Positions 53,257-62,985 of a DNA stretch of 64,000 bases are shown piece after piece. Source of the stretch: Candidatus Latescibacterota bacterium (lineage in GTDB: Bacteria; Latescibacterota; UBA2968; UBA8231); assembly GCA_965261395.1 (NCBI GenBank), contig OZ253462.1:896001-960000 (forward strand), given 5' to 3'. Below the pieces are notes generated by a model. That model had not been told where the DNA came from and ran no database searches. It saw only the letters and a program-made list of their open reading frames with translations. The position numbers and the translations under genes are program-made. Within the stretch, counting starts at the first letter, position 1. Each line of letters begins with the position of its first letter.

Positions 53257-54588
53257 GTGAAGTATACTCACGAAATTAGAGACCCAATCCATGTGTTCAT
53301 TCGTTTGGACAGCGACGAACGCAAAGTTCTTGATTCCCGTCCGTTCCAGAGACTACGTCATATCCACCAACTGGCAATGACCTATCTTATTTATCCTGGC
53401 GCAACACATAAGCGATTTGAGCATTCGCTCGGCGTTATGGAACTCGCCGGACGGGTCTTCGATGTTGTCACTGATCCAGACAATGGCACGGATGAAATCA
53501 AGCATTTGCTGGGACCGCTCAATGCTCCTGACCAACGAGCGTATTGGCGGCGGGTGGTTCGTATGGCCGCACTCTGCCACGACATTGGCCATCTGCCTTT
53601 CTCGCACGCGGCTGAAAAGGAGCTTCTGCCAGACGACTGGGATCACGAGAATTTGACGCGAGAGATTATTGTTAGCGACGAGATGAAAATGATTTGGGAA
53701 TCTGTCACCCCCCCGCTTCGTCCCGGAGATATCGAAAAACTGGCTATCGGACCGAAGAAGGCGATCAACCTAGAGTTCACAGATTGGGAGACGATCTTGA
53801 CGGAAATCATCGTTGGAGATGCGTTTGGCGTCGACCGCATGGACTATCTGTTACGGGACTCGCATCATGTAGGAGTCGTCTATGGAAAGTTTGACCACCA
53901 CCGGCTGATCGATACTCTGCGCATTTTGCCGCCGGCCCCATCGGGCGAGAATGGGGAATCTCAAGAGCCAGCACTTGGTATGGAAGAGGGCGGCATTCAG
54001 TCAGCGGAAGCGTTGATGCTTGCACGATATTTTATGTACTCGCAGGTTTACTTTCATCCCGTGCGTCGAATTTACAACATTCATCTAACGGATTTTCTCA
54101 AGGAATGGCTCGATCATGGCGCGTTTGCAACGGACTTGGAGAGTCATCTGAAAACGACGGACAGCGAAGTGACTGTTGCTCTACGGGAAGCCGCATTTGA
54201 GGAGGAGAAGGTTGGTCATACATATGCACGCCGGATCGTACTACGCGAGCACTTCAAGTGCCTCTACCGACGGAACCCCCAAGATGTCTCCATCAACCCG
54301 GAGTCAGGAGAATTAGTTTTCAAGGCGTTAGCGGATCAATACGGCGAGGAACACTTCCGTCATGACCGTTATCGTCCAAAAAGCGGTACGCCGGATTTCC
54401 CTGTGCAAATGCGTGACGGCCGGATTATATCGTCCATCACCTTTTCCGAGGTGTTAAGCAACATACCTGTGGTTTCAATCGACTACGTCTTCGCTGATCG
54501 GCAGTGTTTCGCCGAGGCAAATACATGGCTGAACGACAACCATGGTACAATTATCAACGAACCAGAAGAGGAGGAACAAGATGGATAG
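53257..54588 (+). CDS. HD-domain dNTP triphosphohydrolase-like protein (SAMHD1/YwfO type)
   Basis: IRDPIH, FQRLRHIHQL, YPGATHKRFEHSLG, HDIGHLPFSH, HE, DRMDYLLRD, MYSQVYFH. Confidence 0.9.
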   Translation: MKYTHEIRDPIHVFIRLDSDERKVLDSRPFQRLRHIHQLAMTYLIYPGATHKRFEHSLGVMELAGRVFDVVTDPDNGTDEIKHLLGPLNAPDQRAYWRRVVRMAALCHDIGHLPFSHAAEKELLPDDWDHENLTREIIVSDEMKMIWESVTPPLRPGDIEKLAIGPKKAINLEFTDWETILTEIIVGDAFGVDRMDYLLRDSHHVGVVYGKFDHHRLIDTLRILPPAPSGENGESQEPALGMEEGGIQSAEALMLARYFMYSQVYFHPVRRIYNIHLTDFLKEWLDHGAFATDLESHLKTTDSEVTVALREAAFEEEKVGHTYARRIVLREHFKCLYRRNPQDVSINPESGELVFKALADQYGEEHFRHDRYRPKSGTPDFPVQMRDGRIISSITFSEVLSNIPVVSIDYVFADRQCFAEANTWLNDNHGTIINEPEEEEQDG

Positions 54589-55138
54589 AATGCAAAGGGC
54601 CGGGCTATTGACGCGACTGATAGAGGAGCTTCGCGAAAAGGGAAGCTGGTGCGGCGAGACGCATGTTCAGAAAGCCACGTTTTTTGCGCAGGAGCTCGCC
54701 GAAATTCCGCTGGGCTTCAATTTTATCCTGTACAAGCATGGACCGTTCTCGTTCGACTTGAGAGATGAACTCACTGCTCTACGTGCGGACGGATTATTGG
54801 AGCTTGAAACGCAAGAGTCCTACGGTCCCCGTATCTCCCCTACGCCGCAGAGCGAATACATAAAGAGCCTTTATCCCATGACCTTGGAGAAGTACGGGCC
54901 AGCCGTTGAGTTCGTGACCAACCAGCTCAGCGACAAAGGCGTCATCGAACTCGAGCGTCTTGCAACTGCGTTCTACGTGAGTCTTCCGGCGGAGGAAACC
55001 TCGGTTGATGAAAGATCCACGCGGCTGACGGCTTTGAAACCGCACATATCGCAAAAAGACGCTAAGGACGCGATTCAGGCGATTGACAAGATTGCCAAGG
55101 AAGCCCAAAACACAGTTCTCTCTACTCGCCGAGTTTGA
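54581..55138 (+). CDS. YwgA/DarG-C/Panacea-like winged-helix protein (antitoxin-like)
   Basis: ATG 54581 after GAGGAGG, overlaps the HD stop; HVQKATFF...F.LYKHGPFSFDLRDEL...LERLATAFYV. Confidence 0.7.
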   Translation: MDRMQRAGLLTRLIEELREKGSWCGETHVQKATFFAQELAEIPLGFNFILYKHGPFSFDLRDELTALRADGLLELETQESYGPRISPTPQSEYIKSLYPMTLEKYGPAVEFVTNQLSDKGVIELERLATAFYVSLPAEETSVDERSTRLTALKPHISQKDAKDAIQAIDKIAKEAQNTVLSTRRV

Positions 55139-56243
55139 CGATCAGGTCCTTGCCGAACTTGATGCCGGCGACTCGGCACGCTTCCTGTATTTGGCCCCTT
55201 TTCAGGGACGTAGAACTGTTCGTCCCTAGCCACCACCCGCCGGACAGGGAGACGGCCTGTGTATTGGCTAGCTTGCGATCGTCGGGGTAGAGCGCATACC
55301 GATCGCGTGCGAGGTACTGCCGCGTACGTCCCTTCAAATGCGGTTCCAGTTTCTCGCAGAACTGGGCATCCTTTTCTAAAAGCCGCTCGAAGACGCCCAC
55401 CAACAATTCTTTGCCATTACGGAACCATTCCGTTTGCCCGCGGAAGGTGAACGAAAACTCTTTCCCCTGTCGGCCCTTGAGGAGTTCGGAAACTGCTTGG
55501 GAATGCTCCAGTGTTGGTTCGGTAGGAACCTCAGAAGTCTTCACCCTTTGAGAACGTCTTGGCGATGACTTGGAACCTTGACCCCGAATAAACTCTTCCA
55601 CGCGGAGAAGGTCCGGTCGCACACCACTGGTCCGTTCCACTTCCTCACAGAACCAGTTCTTGAGGACCTCGGGCGGCTCGCGGAGAAGTTCGGCCCATAC
55701 CACCTCGAAGTTCGCAGCCGCTTCGCTCTGCTGTCGGAAAGCGTAGTAGTCGTCATGGGCGCGTCGGTGCGCTTCCCCGGCTCGCACGGTCTCAAAGGCG
55801 AGATAGCGGCTTATTCTCTCGGCACCTTCAGCCGAGTCGTCATCAACTAAGTCCACCGTGGCAAAGCGCCGTTCTTGGTAGCTACCCTGTCCTGCTGGAA
55901 AGAAGAACCCCCAAGAACGCCCGTCGGTCAGCACGGCGAGCGGAACTCCCTGTTTAAAGCAGTAATTAAAGAGCTGCTCTTCGCCTTTTGCGTTTGCATT
56001 GCCTACACCTTTGACCTCGACCAAGACGGACGGCTTGCCGGGCGGATGACAAAGTGCGTAATCGACGCTGAGTCTCTCGATGGGAAACTCGGGAATCACC
56101 ACTTTAGGGTCCCAGACGTTCCAACCCAGTGTATTCAGGAGACGCATCACCACGCTGCGAGAAATTTGAGCTTCGTTGACAAAGTCTCCTCGCGTCAAAC
56201 TGTCGCGAATTTCCTCGATTTGAAGGGTCAGATTTTCCGCCAC
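55122..56243 (-). CDS. HsdR_N-type PD-(D/E)xK nuclease fused to a SeqA-C-like domain
   Basis: GTG after GAGGAG; NE, PEF, VDYAL, VEVK, QLFNY, LTDG; C-terminal DAQ...GRTRQYLARD...WWLGTNSST. Confidence 0.75.
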   Translation of the reverse strand: MAENLTLQIEEIRDSLTRGDFVNEAQISRSVVMRLLNTLGWNVWDPKVVIPEFPIERLSVDYALCHPPGKPSVLVEVKGVGNANAKGEEQLFNYCFKQGVPLAVLTDGRSWGFFFPAGQGSYQERRFATVDLVDDDSAEGAERISRYLAFETVRAGEAHRRAHDDYYAFRQQSEAAANFEVVWAELLREPPEVLKNWFCEEVERTSGVRPDLLRVEEFIRGQGSKSSPRRSQRVKTSEVPTEPTLEHSQAVSELLKGRQGKEFSFTFRGQTEWFRNGKELLVGVFERLLEKDAQFCEKLEPHLKGRTRQYLARDRYALYPDDRKLANTQAVSLSGGWWLGTNSSTSLKRGQIQEACRVAGIKFGKDLIVKLGE

Positions 56244-56687
56244 GGTATCTCCTCTTCAATTGAAAAACGTTCGGATTGTCCTAGTGATTGCCTAGCCCTC
56301 GGACCGCATGAGAATAGATTATTGTAAATTGGGTCTCAAAGTCTAGCAACGTCCCCTTTAGAAGCAGCAACGAACACAGCACCGCCTCGTCGAGCGGATC
56401 AACCCCCGCAAAAGCGCGGGAATAAGTCGCGGCGATGGAGTGCCTAATTAGCCGTAGTGTCCCGCAGAATTTTTACAAGGAGTTAGCGAGCGCCGTGGCG
56501 CTTGAAGCCCAGCGAGGAGGCAGGCGTAGCGGCACGAGTGGCGACATGGGCGGTGGTGGTCCGCGAGGGGTGGAGACGGTCCGCAGGGTGGCGGGTTTTA
56601 GGACCACGCTACCAGTCCAACAGCAAGACGGTCCAGCAGCGCGCCGAGCGAAAGGCCCAGTGGTAATCGGCCGAGGCTAGGGCGTGT

Positions 56688-57245
56688 TCACCGCTTCTTC
56701 ACGACGTCTCCAACCCGTATCGCGCCTGGGCGAATAACCTTGGCGTTGACGCCGCGCAACTGAAGCTGTTTGCCCTCTGGCGAACTGATAAATTTCAGGG
56801 CATCCAGCCCAAAGCGGGCGGCAAATTTTTTGCAACCGGTGTGGGGTGGCTCCGTGATTTGGATCACGGCCGCGCCTAGGGACAGACGAGTCCCCGGGGG
56901 CACGTTGTCCACGCTTAGGTCGAAGTCGATGTATAGCTGATCCCCTGCTAGGGGCCAATGCTGCTTCTCTTGGGCCACCAAGGCCATCAAGCGGGCGTTG
57001 GTCACCGTGAGTTGCATGTCTGGGTGCGCCGACCCATCTGAGGTTTGTGAGCTGCCGCGCTTTTTCCAATTGTCGCCCACCAGCCCTTCGACTAGATCGA
57101 ATTCCCCCACGTCTAAGACTTCCCGCGTCTCTGTCTGCGGCCGCCGCACGATCAGCTCCAATACGCCCATGGATCTGGGCGACTGACGAATGTCTTCTAG
57201 CCCTGCGGTTAGCGCTCCCATGGCTAGGTGTTTCACCTCGGCCAA
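56688..57245 (-). CDS. MOSC domain protein
   Basis: GLVGDNW, LAGDQLYIDFDLS, PHTGCKKF, RGVNAKVIRPG. Confidence 0.87.
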   Translation of the reverse strand: MAEVKHLAMGALTAGLEDIRQSPRSMGVLELIVRRPQTETREVLDVGEFDLVEGLVGDNWKKRGSSQTSDGSAHPDMQLTVTNARLMALVAQEKQHWPLAGDQLYIDFDLSVDNVPPGTRLSLGAAVIQITEPPHTGCKKFAARFGLDALKFISSPEGKQLQLRGVNAKVIRPGAIRVGDVVKKR

Positions 57246-57283
57246 GATAGACCTCCTGAACGTTTTGTCTGTGTAGGCATCTT

Positions 57284-58402
57284 TTATCGCGGTACTTCGT
57301 AGGACCCTTCAATTCCGCTGGACGAGAAGAGTACTTGCCAAAGCTGGTTCGCCCGGGCGCGGAAGGAGCCAGCGGAGGTCAGCAAGTAGAACGTCCACAT
57401 CCGGTAGAAGCGCTCGTCGTAGTGGGCCTTGAGCTCGCTCCAAGCCGCGTTGAAGTTGGCGTACCAAGCCATCAGCGTCCGGTCGTAATGCGGCCCGAAG
57501 GCGTGCCAGTCCTCCAAGACAAAGTTCCCCTCGGCGGCCGTAGTAATCTGTTTGGCCGAAGGCAGCAGAGAGTTGGGGAAGACGTAGCGCTCAATCCAAG
57601 GATCGTTACGGGCCGCCGAGCCGCTGCGGCCGATGGTGTGCAATAAAAAACGCCCGTCTGGGGCTAAGCAGCGTTTGACCGTGTGCATGAAGGCTGGATA
57701 GTTCTTGACGCCCACGTGCTCGAACATGCCGATTGACAAAATGCGGTCAAAGCGCTCGTCTAAGGCTCGGTAGTCCTGCAAGCGAATCTCCACCGGCAGC
57801 CCGCGGCACGTCTCCGCGGCCAGTTTTGCCTGCTCCTTGGAGACGGTGACGCCAACCCCTTTGACTCCGTAGCGCTGGACCGCAAACCGCAGGGTGCCTC
57901 CCCAGCCGCAGCCGATGTCGAGTAGGGTCATCCCCGGCTCCAGCCCCAGCTTGCGGCAGCACAAGTCGAGCTTGGCTTCTTGCGCCTCGTCTAAGTTGGC
58001 GGCATTGCGCCAGTACCCGCAGCTATAGATCATGCGCTGGTCGAGCATAGCCCGGTACAGATCGTTGCCTATATCGTAGTGGCGCTGGCCGACTTGGAAG
58101 GCGCGGGAGGGCGTTTGCAGGTTGAGCAGCCGTGCCTTCAAATAGGGCAAAAGCAGGTGCCGCCCGCCCAACTTCAGGTTCAGCCGGGCGCGTAAGATCC
58201 GCGCGCAAAGCTCGTCTAGCTGCGGGCAGTCCCACCACCCATCCATATACGACTCGCCCGCGCCCAGTGATCCGTGGCCTAGTACGTGCGCGAACAAGCG
58301 GTCGTCGTGGACCTCTATATCCCAAGGCCGATCTCCGCCAATGCGCACATCGGCCTCCTCTAACAATGTTTCTACTCTGCGGCGACAGGCGTCCTGATTC
58401 AT
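57284..58402 (-). CDS. cfa: Cyclopropane-fatty-acyl-phospholipid synthase
   Basis: ATG 58402; GESYMDGWW, HYDIGNDL, MIYSCGYW, LDIGCGWG, SIGMFEHVG. Confidence 0.93.
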   Translation of the reverse strand: MNQDACRRRVETLLEEADVRIGGDRPWDIEVHDDRLFAHVLGHGSLGAGESYMDGWWDCPQLDELCARILRARLNLKLGGRHLLLPYLKARLLNLQTPSRAFQVGQRHYDIGNDLYRAMLDQRMIYSCGYWRNAANLDEAQEAKLDLCCRKLGLEPGMTLLDIGCGWGGTLRFAVQRYGVKGVGVTVSKEQAKLAAETCRGLPVEIRLQDYRALDERFDRILSIGMFEHVGVKNYPAFMHTVKRCLAPDGRFLLHTIGRSGSAARNDPWIERYVFPNSLLPSAKQITTAAEGNFVLEDWHAFGPHYDRTLMAWYANFNAAWSELKAHYDERFYRMWTFYLLTSAGSFRARANQLWQVLFSSSGIEGSYEVPR

Positions 58403-58620
58403 GGTGGCTTCTTCTTGGCGTCGTCTTTTTTGAGAAATGACAGCGCATATTATGCGTAACGAGCATGCTACAAACAACCCTATGCAGTGAGCGAGCGGCC
58501 GAGATGTAGGTGAATCACGCGCTTGACAGTTCGCCGCGTCCCGCTGCAATTTTCGGCGCGGCGGGCGTGGCGCGGAATGCGCGAACCATCACTTTATTAA
58601 AAAACAAAGAATAGGAATCT

Positions 58621-60243
58621 ATGACCACGGAACATTTCACCTCGACTTTAAGTCGGGACAAACCCAACTTTCTGTGGATTTCATTTGAGGATACCAATCC
58701 CCGATACGGCTGCTACGGCGATGCGGTGGCGCGCACGCCCACGTTGGATCGGCTCGCAGCCGAGGGATGCCGCTGGACGCGCTGCTTCTCTACGGCCGGC
58801 GTCTGCGCCCCGGCCCGGTCGGCCATCATCACCGGCATGTACCCAATCTCCATCGGCACCCACCACATGCGCACGACCCACGCCAATCGCGCCACGCCGG
58901 AAATGCCCACCCCGTATTCAGCCGTTGTGCCGCACTACGTAAAGTGCTTCACGGAATACCTGCGGGCGGCTGGCTATTACTGCAGCAACAACGCCAAGAC
59001 CGACTACCAGTTTACTCCCCCGCTGACCGCTTGGGACGCGCTCGGCCCGCCCGCCCACTGGCGCGACCGTCCCGATCCAGACCAGCCGTTTTTCGCGGTT
59101 TTCAACCCCACGCGCACCCACGAAAGCGGCATGTGGCCCGAGAAGTGCCCCGAACCGGAGTTCGACCCGGATGCTATCCCGCTGCCGCCCTATTTCCCCG
59201 ATACCCCCTCAGTGCGCCAAGCCATGGCGCGGATGTACACGCATATTGCGCACAGCGACCAAGAGCTTGCCCAGCTCCTGCAACAACTCGACGAAGATGG
59301 CTTGTCCGATAATACGTACGTCTTTCACTGGAGCGATCACGGCCCGCTGCCGCGCGGCAAGCGCTGGCCGTACGACGCGGGCATTCACGTCCCCCTGATC
59401 GTCCGCGGCCCAGGCATGGAAGCTGGGCAGGTCTGCGAGGACTTGGTAAGCACCGTCGATTTAGGCCCTACGGTGCTCTCGCTCGCGGGGATTGATGTGC
59501 CTGCCCACATGCAGGGCCGCGCGTTTTTGGGCCGCCAAGCCCAATCGCCGCGAGAGTACATATACGCGAGCCGCGACCGGCACGACGAGGCGTACGACAT
59601 GGTACGGGCTGTGCGCGACCGCCGCTTTAAGTACATCCGCAACTATCGGCCAGATCTCCCCTACTTGGCGTGGATCCCCTATCGCAATCGGCACCCCATT
59701 GTACAGGAGATGTGGCGCTTGCACTTGGCCGACGAGCTGGACGAAACGCAAAGGGCCATGTTCCGCTACCCGAGGCCGGTCGAAGAGCTGTACGACACGG
59801 AAGCCGATCCGCACGAGATCAATAACTTGGCAGCCGATCCCCAGTACCAGCCGGAGCGGGATCGACTGCGCGGAGCCTTGGACGAATGGCTGCGAGAAGT
59901 GGGCGACATGGGCCGAATGGCGGAAAGCGAAATGGTGCGGCAGTGGTATCCCGATGGCCAACAGCCACAGACGGCCCCGCCGGTGTGCGTGCCCATTTGC
60001 GCCGACAGCCCCGGGACCGAGCCAGCGCTGGAAGGCGGTACATTCCAAGGGCCGCTGCTGGTGCAACTCCACTGCGCCACGCAGGGGGCTTCTATCGCGT
60101 ATGCCCTAGACGACCAGCCGCACTGGCACCTCTACACCGAGCCGTTGCGCATGGAAGTTGGGACGGCTACCTTGCGGGCCAAGGCAATCCGCATTGGCTA
60201 CGAGGAGAGCCAAGAGACCCGTGCAACCTTTGTCGTAGAGTGA
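58621..60243 (+). CDS. Sulfatase with C-terminal Fn3-associated/chitobiase-like domain
   Basis: CAPARS, KTDY, WSDHG; C-terminal CATQGASIAY...W.LY.EP...LRAKAIRIGY. Confidence 0.9.
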   Translation: MTTEHFTSTLSRDKPNFLWISFEDTNPRYGCYGDAVARTPTLDRLAAEGCRWTRCFSTAGVCAPARSAIITGMYPISIGTHHMRTTHANRATPEMPTPYSAVVPHYVKCFTEYLRAAGYYCSNNAKTDYQFTPPLTAWDALGPPAHWRDRPDPDQPFFAVFNPTRTHESGMWPEKCPEPEFDPDAIPLPPYFPDTPSVRQAMARMYTHIAHSDQELAQLLQQLDEDGLSDNTYVFHWSDHGPLPRGKRWPYDAGIHVPLIVRGPGMEAGQVCEDLVSTVDLGPTVLSLAGIDVPAHMQGRAFLGRQAQSPREYIYASRDRHDEAYDMVRAVRDRRFKYIRNYRPDLPYLAWIPYRNRHPIVQEMWRLHLADELDETQRAMFRYPRPVEELYDTEADPHEINNLAADPQYQPERDRLRGALDEWLREVGDMGRMAESEMVRQWYPDGQQPQTAPPVCVPICADSPGTEPALEGGTFQGPLLVQLHCATQGASIAYALDDQPHWHLYTEPLRMEVGTATLRAKAIRIGYEESQETRATFVVE

Positions 60244-60258
60244 GACCTGGGCAGACCG

Positions 60259-61302
60259 ATGACGAGACGATTCCAAGCCGACGAGTTGGAGCGGTTAGCA
60301 GCCGCCATTTTTGAGGTCCACGGCACTCCGGCCCAAGAGGCGCAGACTGTGGCCCGCCTGTTGGTACAGGCCGATCTCATGGGCCTGCCTTCGCACGGAG
60401 TATTGCGCGTACCGCAGTATGTAGAAGACATCCGTCGCGGTGCCATCGTGCCGGGCGCGGAGGTGTTGGTGCGAGAAGGTGCCGCTGCTACCGCGCTGGT
60501 GGATGGGCAGTGGAATTTCGGCCAAATTGGGGCTGGTCGGGCCACGGAGCTGGCGGTTGAGCGCGCCCAGCGGTTTGGCGTGGGCAGTGCCAGCCTGCGC
60601 CGCTGCCGTCACGTAGGGCGGCTGGGAGCGTACGCGGAACAGGCCGCGCAGGCCCAGTGCGTGGCGCTGGTCACCTGCAGCACGGCGGGCGAGGGGCATT
60701 GGGTAGCGCCGTTTGGCGGACGCGAAGGGCGGCTGGGCACCAACCCCATTTCGTTTGCCGCGCCTACCTCGAATCAGCCCGTAGTAATGGATTTTTCAAC
60801 CGCGGCCCTGCCCGAAGGACGCGTGCGCCTATACCGGGATACCGAGCAAGCGCTGCCCGAAGGGACTTTGGTAGATCGGAGCGGAGCGCCTTCCACCGCC
60901 CCCGCCGACCTGTACAAGGCCGGGGCGATCTTGCCCTTTGGCGGGGACCAAGGATACAAGGGCTTCGGCTTGGGCTTCATGGCCCAGATTTTTAGCTGCC
61001 TGCTGGGCGAGCCGACTTGGCGCGAGGAGGGGCTGGAATCCAATGCCAATACGATGTGGCTGTTGGCGGTGGATGCGGCTGCTTGGGGGGACGCCGAGCG
61101 CTTTCGCGCTGAATTGGACCGCATGATCGCCTATGTGCGCTCGGCAGCGCCGGCGCTTGGCAGCAATGGAGTGCTGGTGCCGGGAGAACGCGAATTCGCC
61201 GCGGAGACGCGCTATCGGCGCGAAGGCATCCCGGTGGAAGAAGGGGTCTGGTGCCAGCTAGTGCAGGTCGCCCAAGAAGCCGATGTGGAGATAGAGGCAT
61301 GA
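60259..61302 (+). CDS. Ldh_2 family oxidoreductase (malate/L-lactate/sulfolactate dehydrogenase type)
   Basis: ADLMGLPSHG, HVGRLG, GTNPI, MDFST, GYKGFGL, VPGE. Confidence 0.9.
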   Translation: MTRRFQADELERLAAAIFEVHGTPAQEAQTVARLLVQADLMGLPSHGVLRVPQYVEDIRRGAIVPGAEVLVREGAAATALVDGQWNFGQIGAGRATELAVERAQRFGVGSASLRRCRHVGRLGAYAEQAAQAQCVALVTCSTAGEGHWVAPFGGREGRLGTNPISFAAPTSNQPVVMDFSTAALPEGRVRLYRDTEQALPEGTLVDRSGAPSTAPADLYKAGAILPFGGDQGYKGFGLGFMAQIFSCLLGEPTWREEGLESNANTMWLLAVDAAAWGDAERFRAELDRMIAYVRSAAPALGSNGVLVPGEREFAAETRYRREGIPVEEGVWCQLVQVAQEADVEIEA

Positions 61303-62054
61303 ACGAAGAATTGCAGACCGCCGCCGAGCATCTACACGCGTATGGGTACTGCGTGCTAAAAGACCGCATACCCCGCGAGGCTGCCTTGGCTTTGGGCCGC
61401 CGCTGTCTGGCGCTACACAGCGACCCGCGTTGCTTGGACTATATCGTGGGCGACGAGTACTATCAGACCTTGTTCGGCATGCTCAACCAAGACGACGAGG
61501 TTTGGAATTGCGCTTTCCACCCGGACCCCGTAGCTCTTGCGCGGCACTTCTTGGGGCCGCGTTGCCGCGTCGTTGAAGCGTGCTCCAAGCCGACTTGGCC
61601 TGGGGCCCCCACTCAGCATTTACACGTCGATTCTGCGGGATCGTTTGCCCGAGTGCCCGATGTGCCGTGGATGATCAACAGCATCTGGATGCTCACGGAT
61701 TTTACCGCGGCCAACGGGGCCACCGGCGTCGTGCCCATGAGCCATCGGTCACGGCGGCCTAGCCCGCCGCCCGATATGGAGGCAGATAGCCCGTTGATCA
61801 AGCCCGTGGAAGGCCGGGCTGGCTCCGTGATGTTGTGGCACGGGGGGCTTTTGCACCAAGCCCGGGCCAATCAGAGCGAGGACGTGCGGATAGGGCTGAA
61901 TATCGCGTATTACCCGCCTTGGTTTAACAATTGGATTGAAGGCGGCCACCAGCCTCTGTGGCCGGAGACGTACGAACGCATGCCCGATGACTTCCGCCGC
62001 CTGTGCCCAAAGCTGTTGGGTCGCCGCCGCGCCGACCGCTATGAACAGCGGTGA
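61299..62054 (+). CDS. Phytanoyl-CoA dioxygenase (PhyH) family Fe(II)/2OG enzyme
   Basis: ATG 61299; HVD, DFTAANGAT..VPMSH, distal H in LLHQ. Confidence 0.88.
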   Translation: MNEELQTAAEHLHAYGYCVLKDRIPREAALALGRRCLALHSDPRCLDYIVGDEYYQTLFGMLNQDDEVWNCAFHPDPVALARHFLGPRCRVVEACSKPTWPGAPTQHLHVDSAGSFARVPDVPWMINSIWMLTDFTAANGATGVVPMSHRSRRPSPPPDMEADSPLIKPVEGRAGSVMLWHGGLLHQARANQSEDVRIGLNIAYYPPWFNNWIEGGHQPLWPETYERMPDDFRRLCPKLLGRRRADRYEQR

Positions 62055-62149
62055 TTCACCGCGCCGTTAGGCGTGACATAACGAGCAACGGGTCTGGCCG
62101 GTGATTGCATACCGGGATGCCATCGGCGATTTCGGGAAAGGAATCCCCC

Positions 62150-62893
62150 ATGAAAACAGTGGTCTTCGGTGCCGCCGGTTGGTTAGGCCGCGCCGTCTTG
62201 CAAAACCTAGCTGGCAAACACGACATCCGCGCCTTTGACTACGGGCCTCAAGCCTGGGAGGCTTGGCGCGACCTTGACGGCGATTGGGCCGGCGGCGAAG
62301 TGATCCACGGCGATATAGCCGATTACCACGCGGTGGAGCGAGCCATCAGCGGCGTGGATTGCGTCATTCACACGGCGGTTTACTTCCGCGGCGATCCCAA
62401 CGACGACAAGCCCTTCCTCATCAACCTCAAGGGTTTGTGGAATGTCCTACAAGCGGCCCAGGAGCAGGGAATCCGCAAAGTAGTACACATCGGCTCGTGC
62501 CAGACCGTGCATCCCGAAGGTATTTTTTTCTCTTCGGAGGTGCGGCGTCCCGACGGCAGCCAGTACGCGGTGTGCAAGCGATTACAGGAGGAAATGTGCC
62601 GCCAGTTCCACGAAGCCTTCGGGCTGCCCATCGTGGTCTTGCGGCCCGACTACATCGGGGATTCGCGCTTGGGGATCGGCAAACAGCGGGAACCATTGCA
62701 GAACATCCGCAACGGCTTGGTCTGCCGCCACGATTTGGCCGAAGCCTGCCGATTGGCCTTAGAAAAGGACGAGGTGAAATTTGACGTATTGCACGTGGTC
62801 GGCATGCCCGAAGCCGACGCCACCTGCAATACGGCGCGGGGCCGGGAAGTGTTGGGCTTGGAATACAAGGGGAATTTGGACCAGTACCGCTGA
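62150..62893 (+). CDS. NAD-dependent epimerase/dehydratase (extended SDR)
   Basis: ATG 62150; GAAGWLG, YAVCK. Confidence 0.85.
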   Translation: MKTVVFGAAGWLGRAVLQNLAGKHDIRAFDYGPQAWEAWRDLDGDWAGGEVIHGDIADYHAVERAISGVDCVIHTAVYFRGDPNDDKPFLINLKGLWNVLQAAQEQGIRKVVHIGSCQTVHPEGIFFSSEVRRPDGSQYAVCKRLQEEMCRQFHEAFGLPIVVLRPDYIGDSRLGIGKQREPLQNIRNGLVCRHDLAEACRLALEKDEVKFDVLHVVGMPEADATCNTARGREVLGLEYKGNLDQYR

Positions 62894-62985
62894 GCTTGCA
62901 GAAGGCCTTGCAACGAACGGCTCCGTTGACACTGTTTAACGCCAACTCTTCCTTCGAGACCTTACTTATGAAGAGAGGAGAAAGC

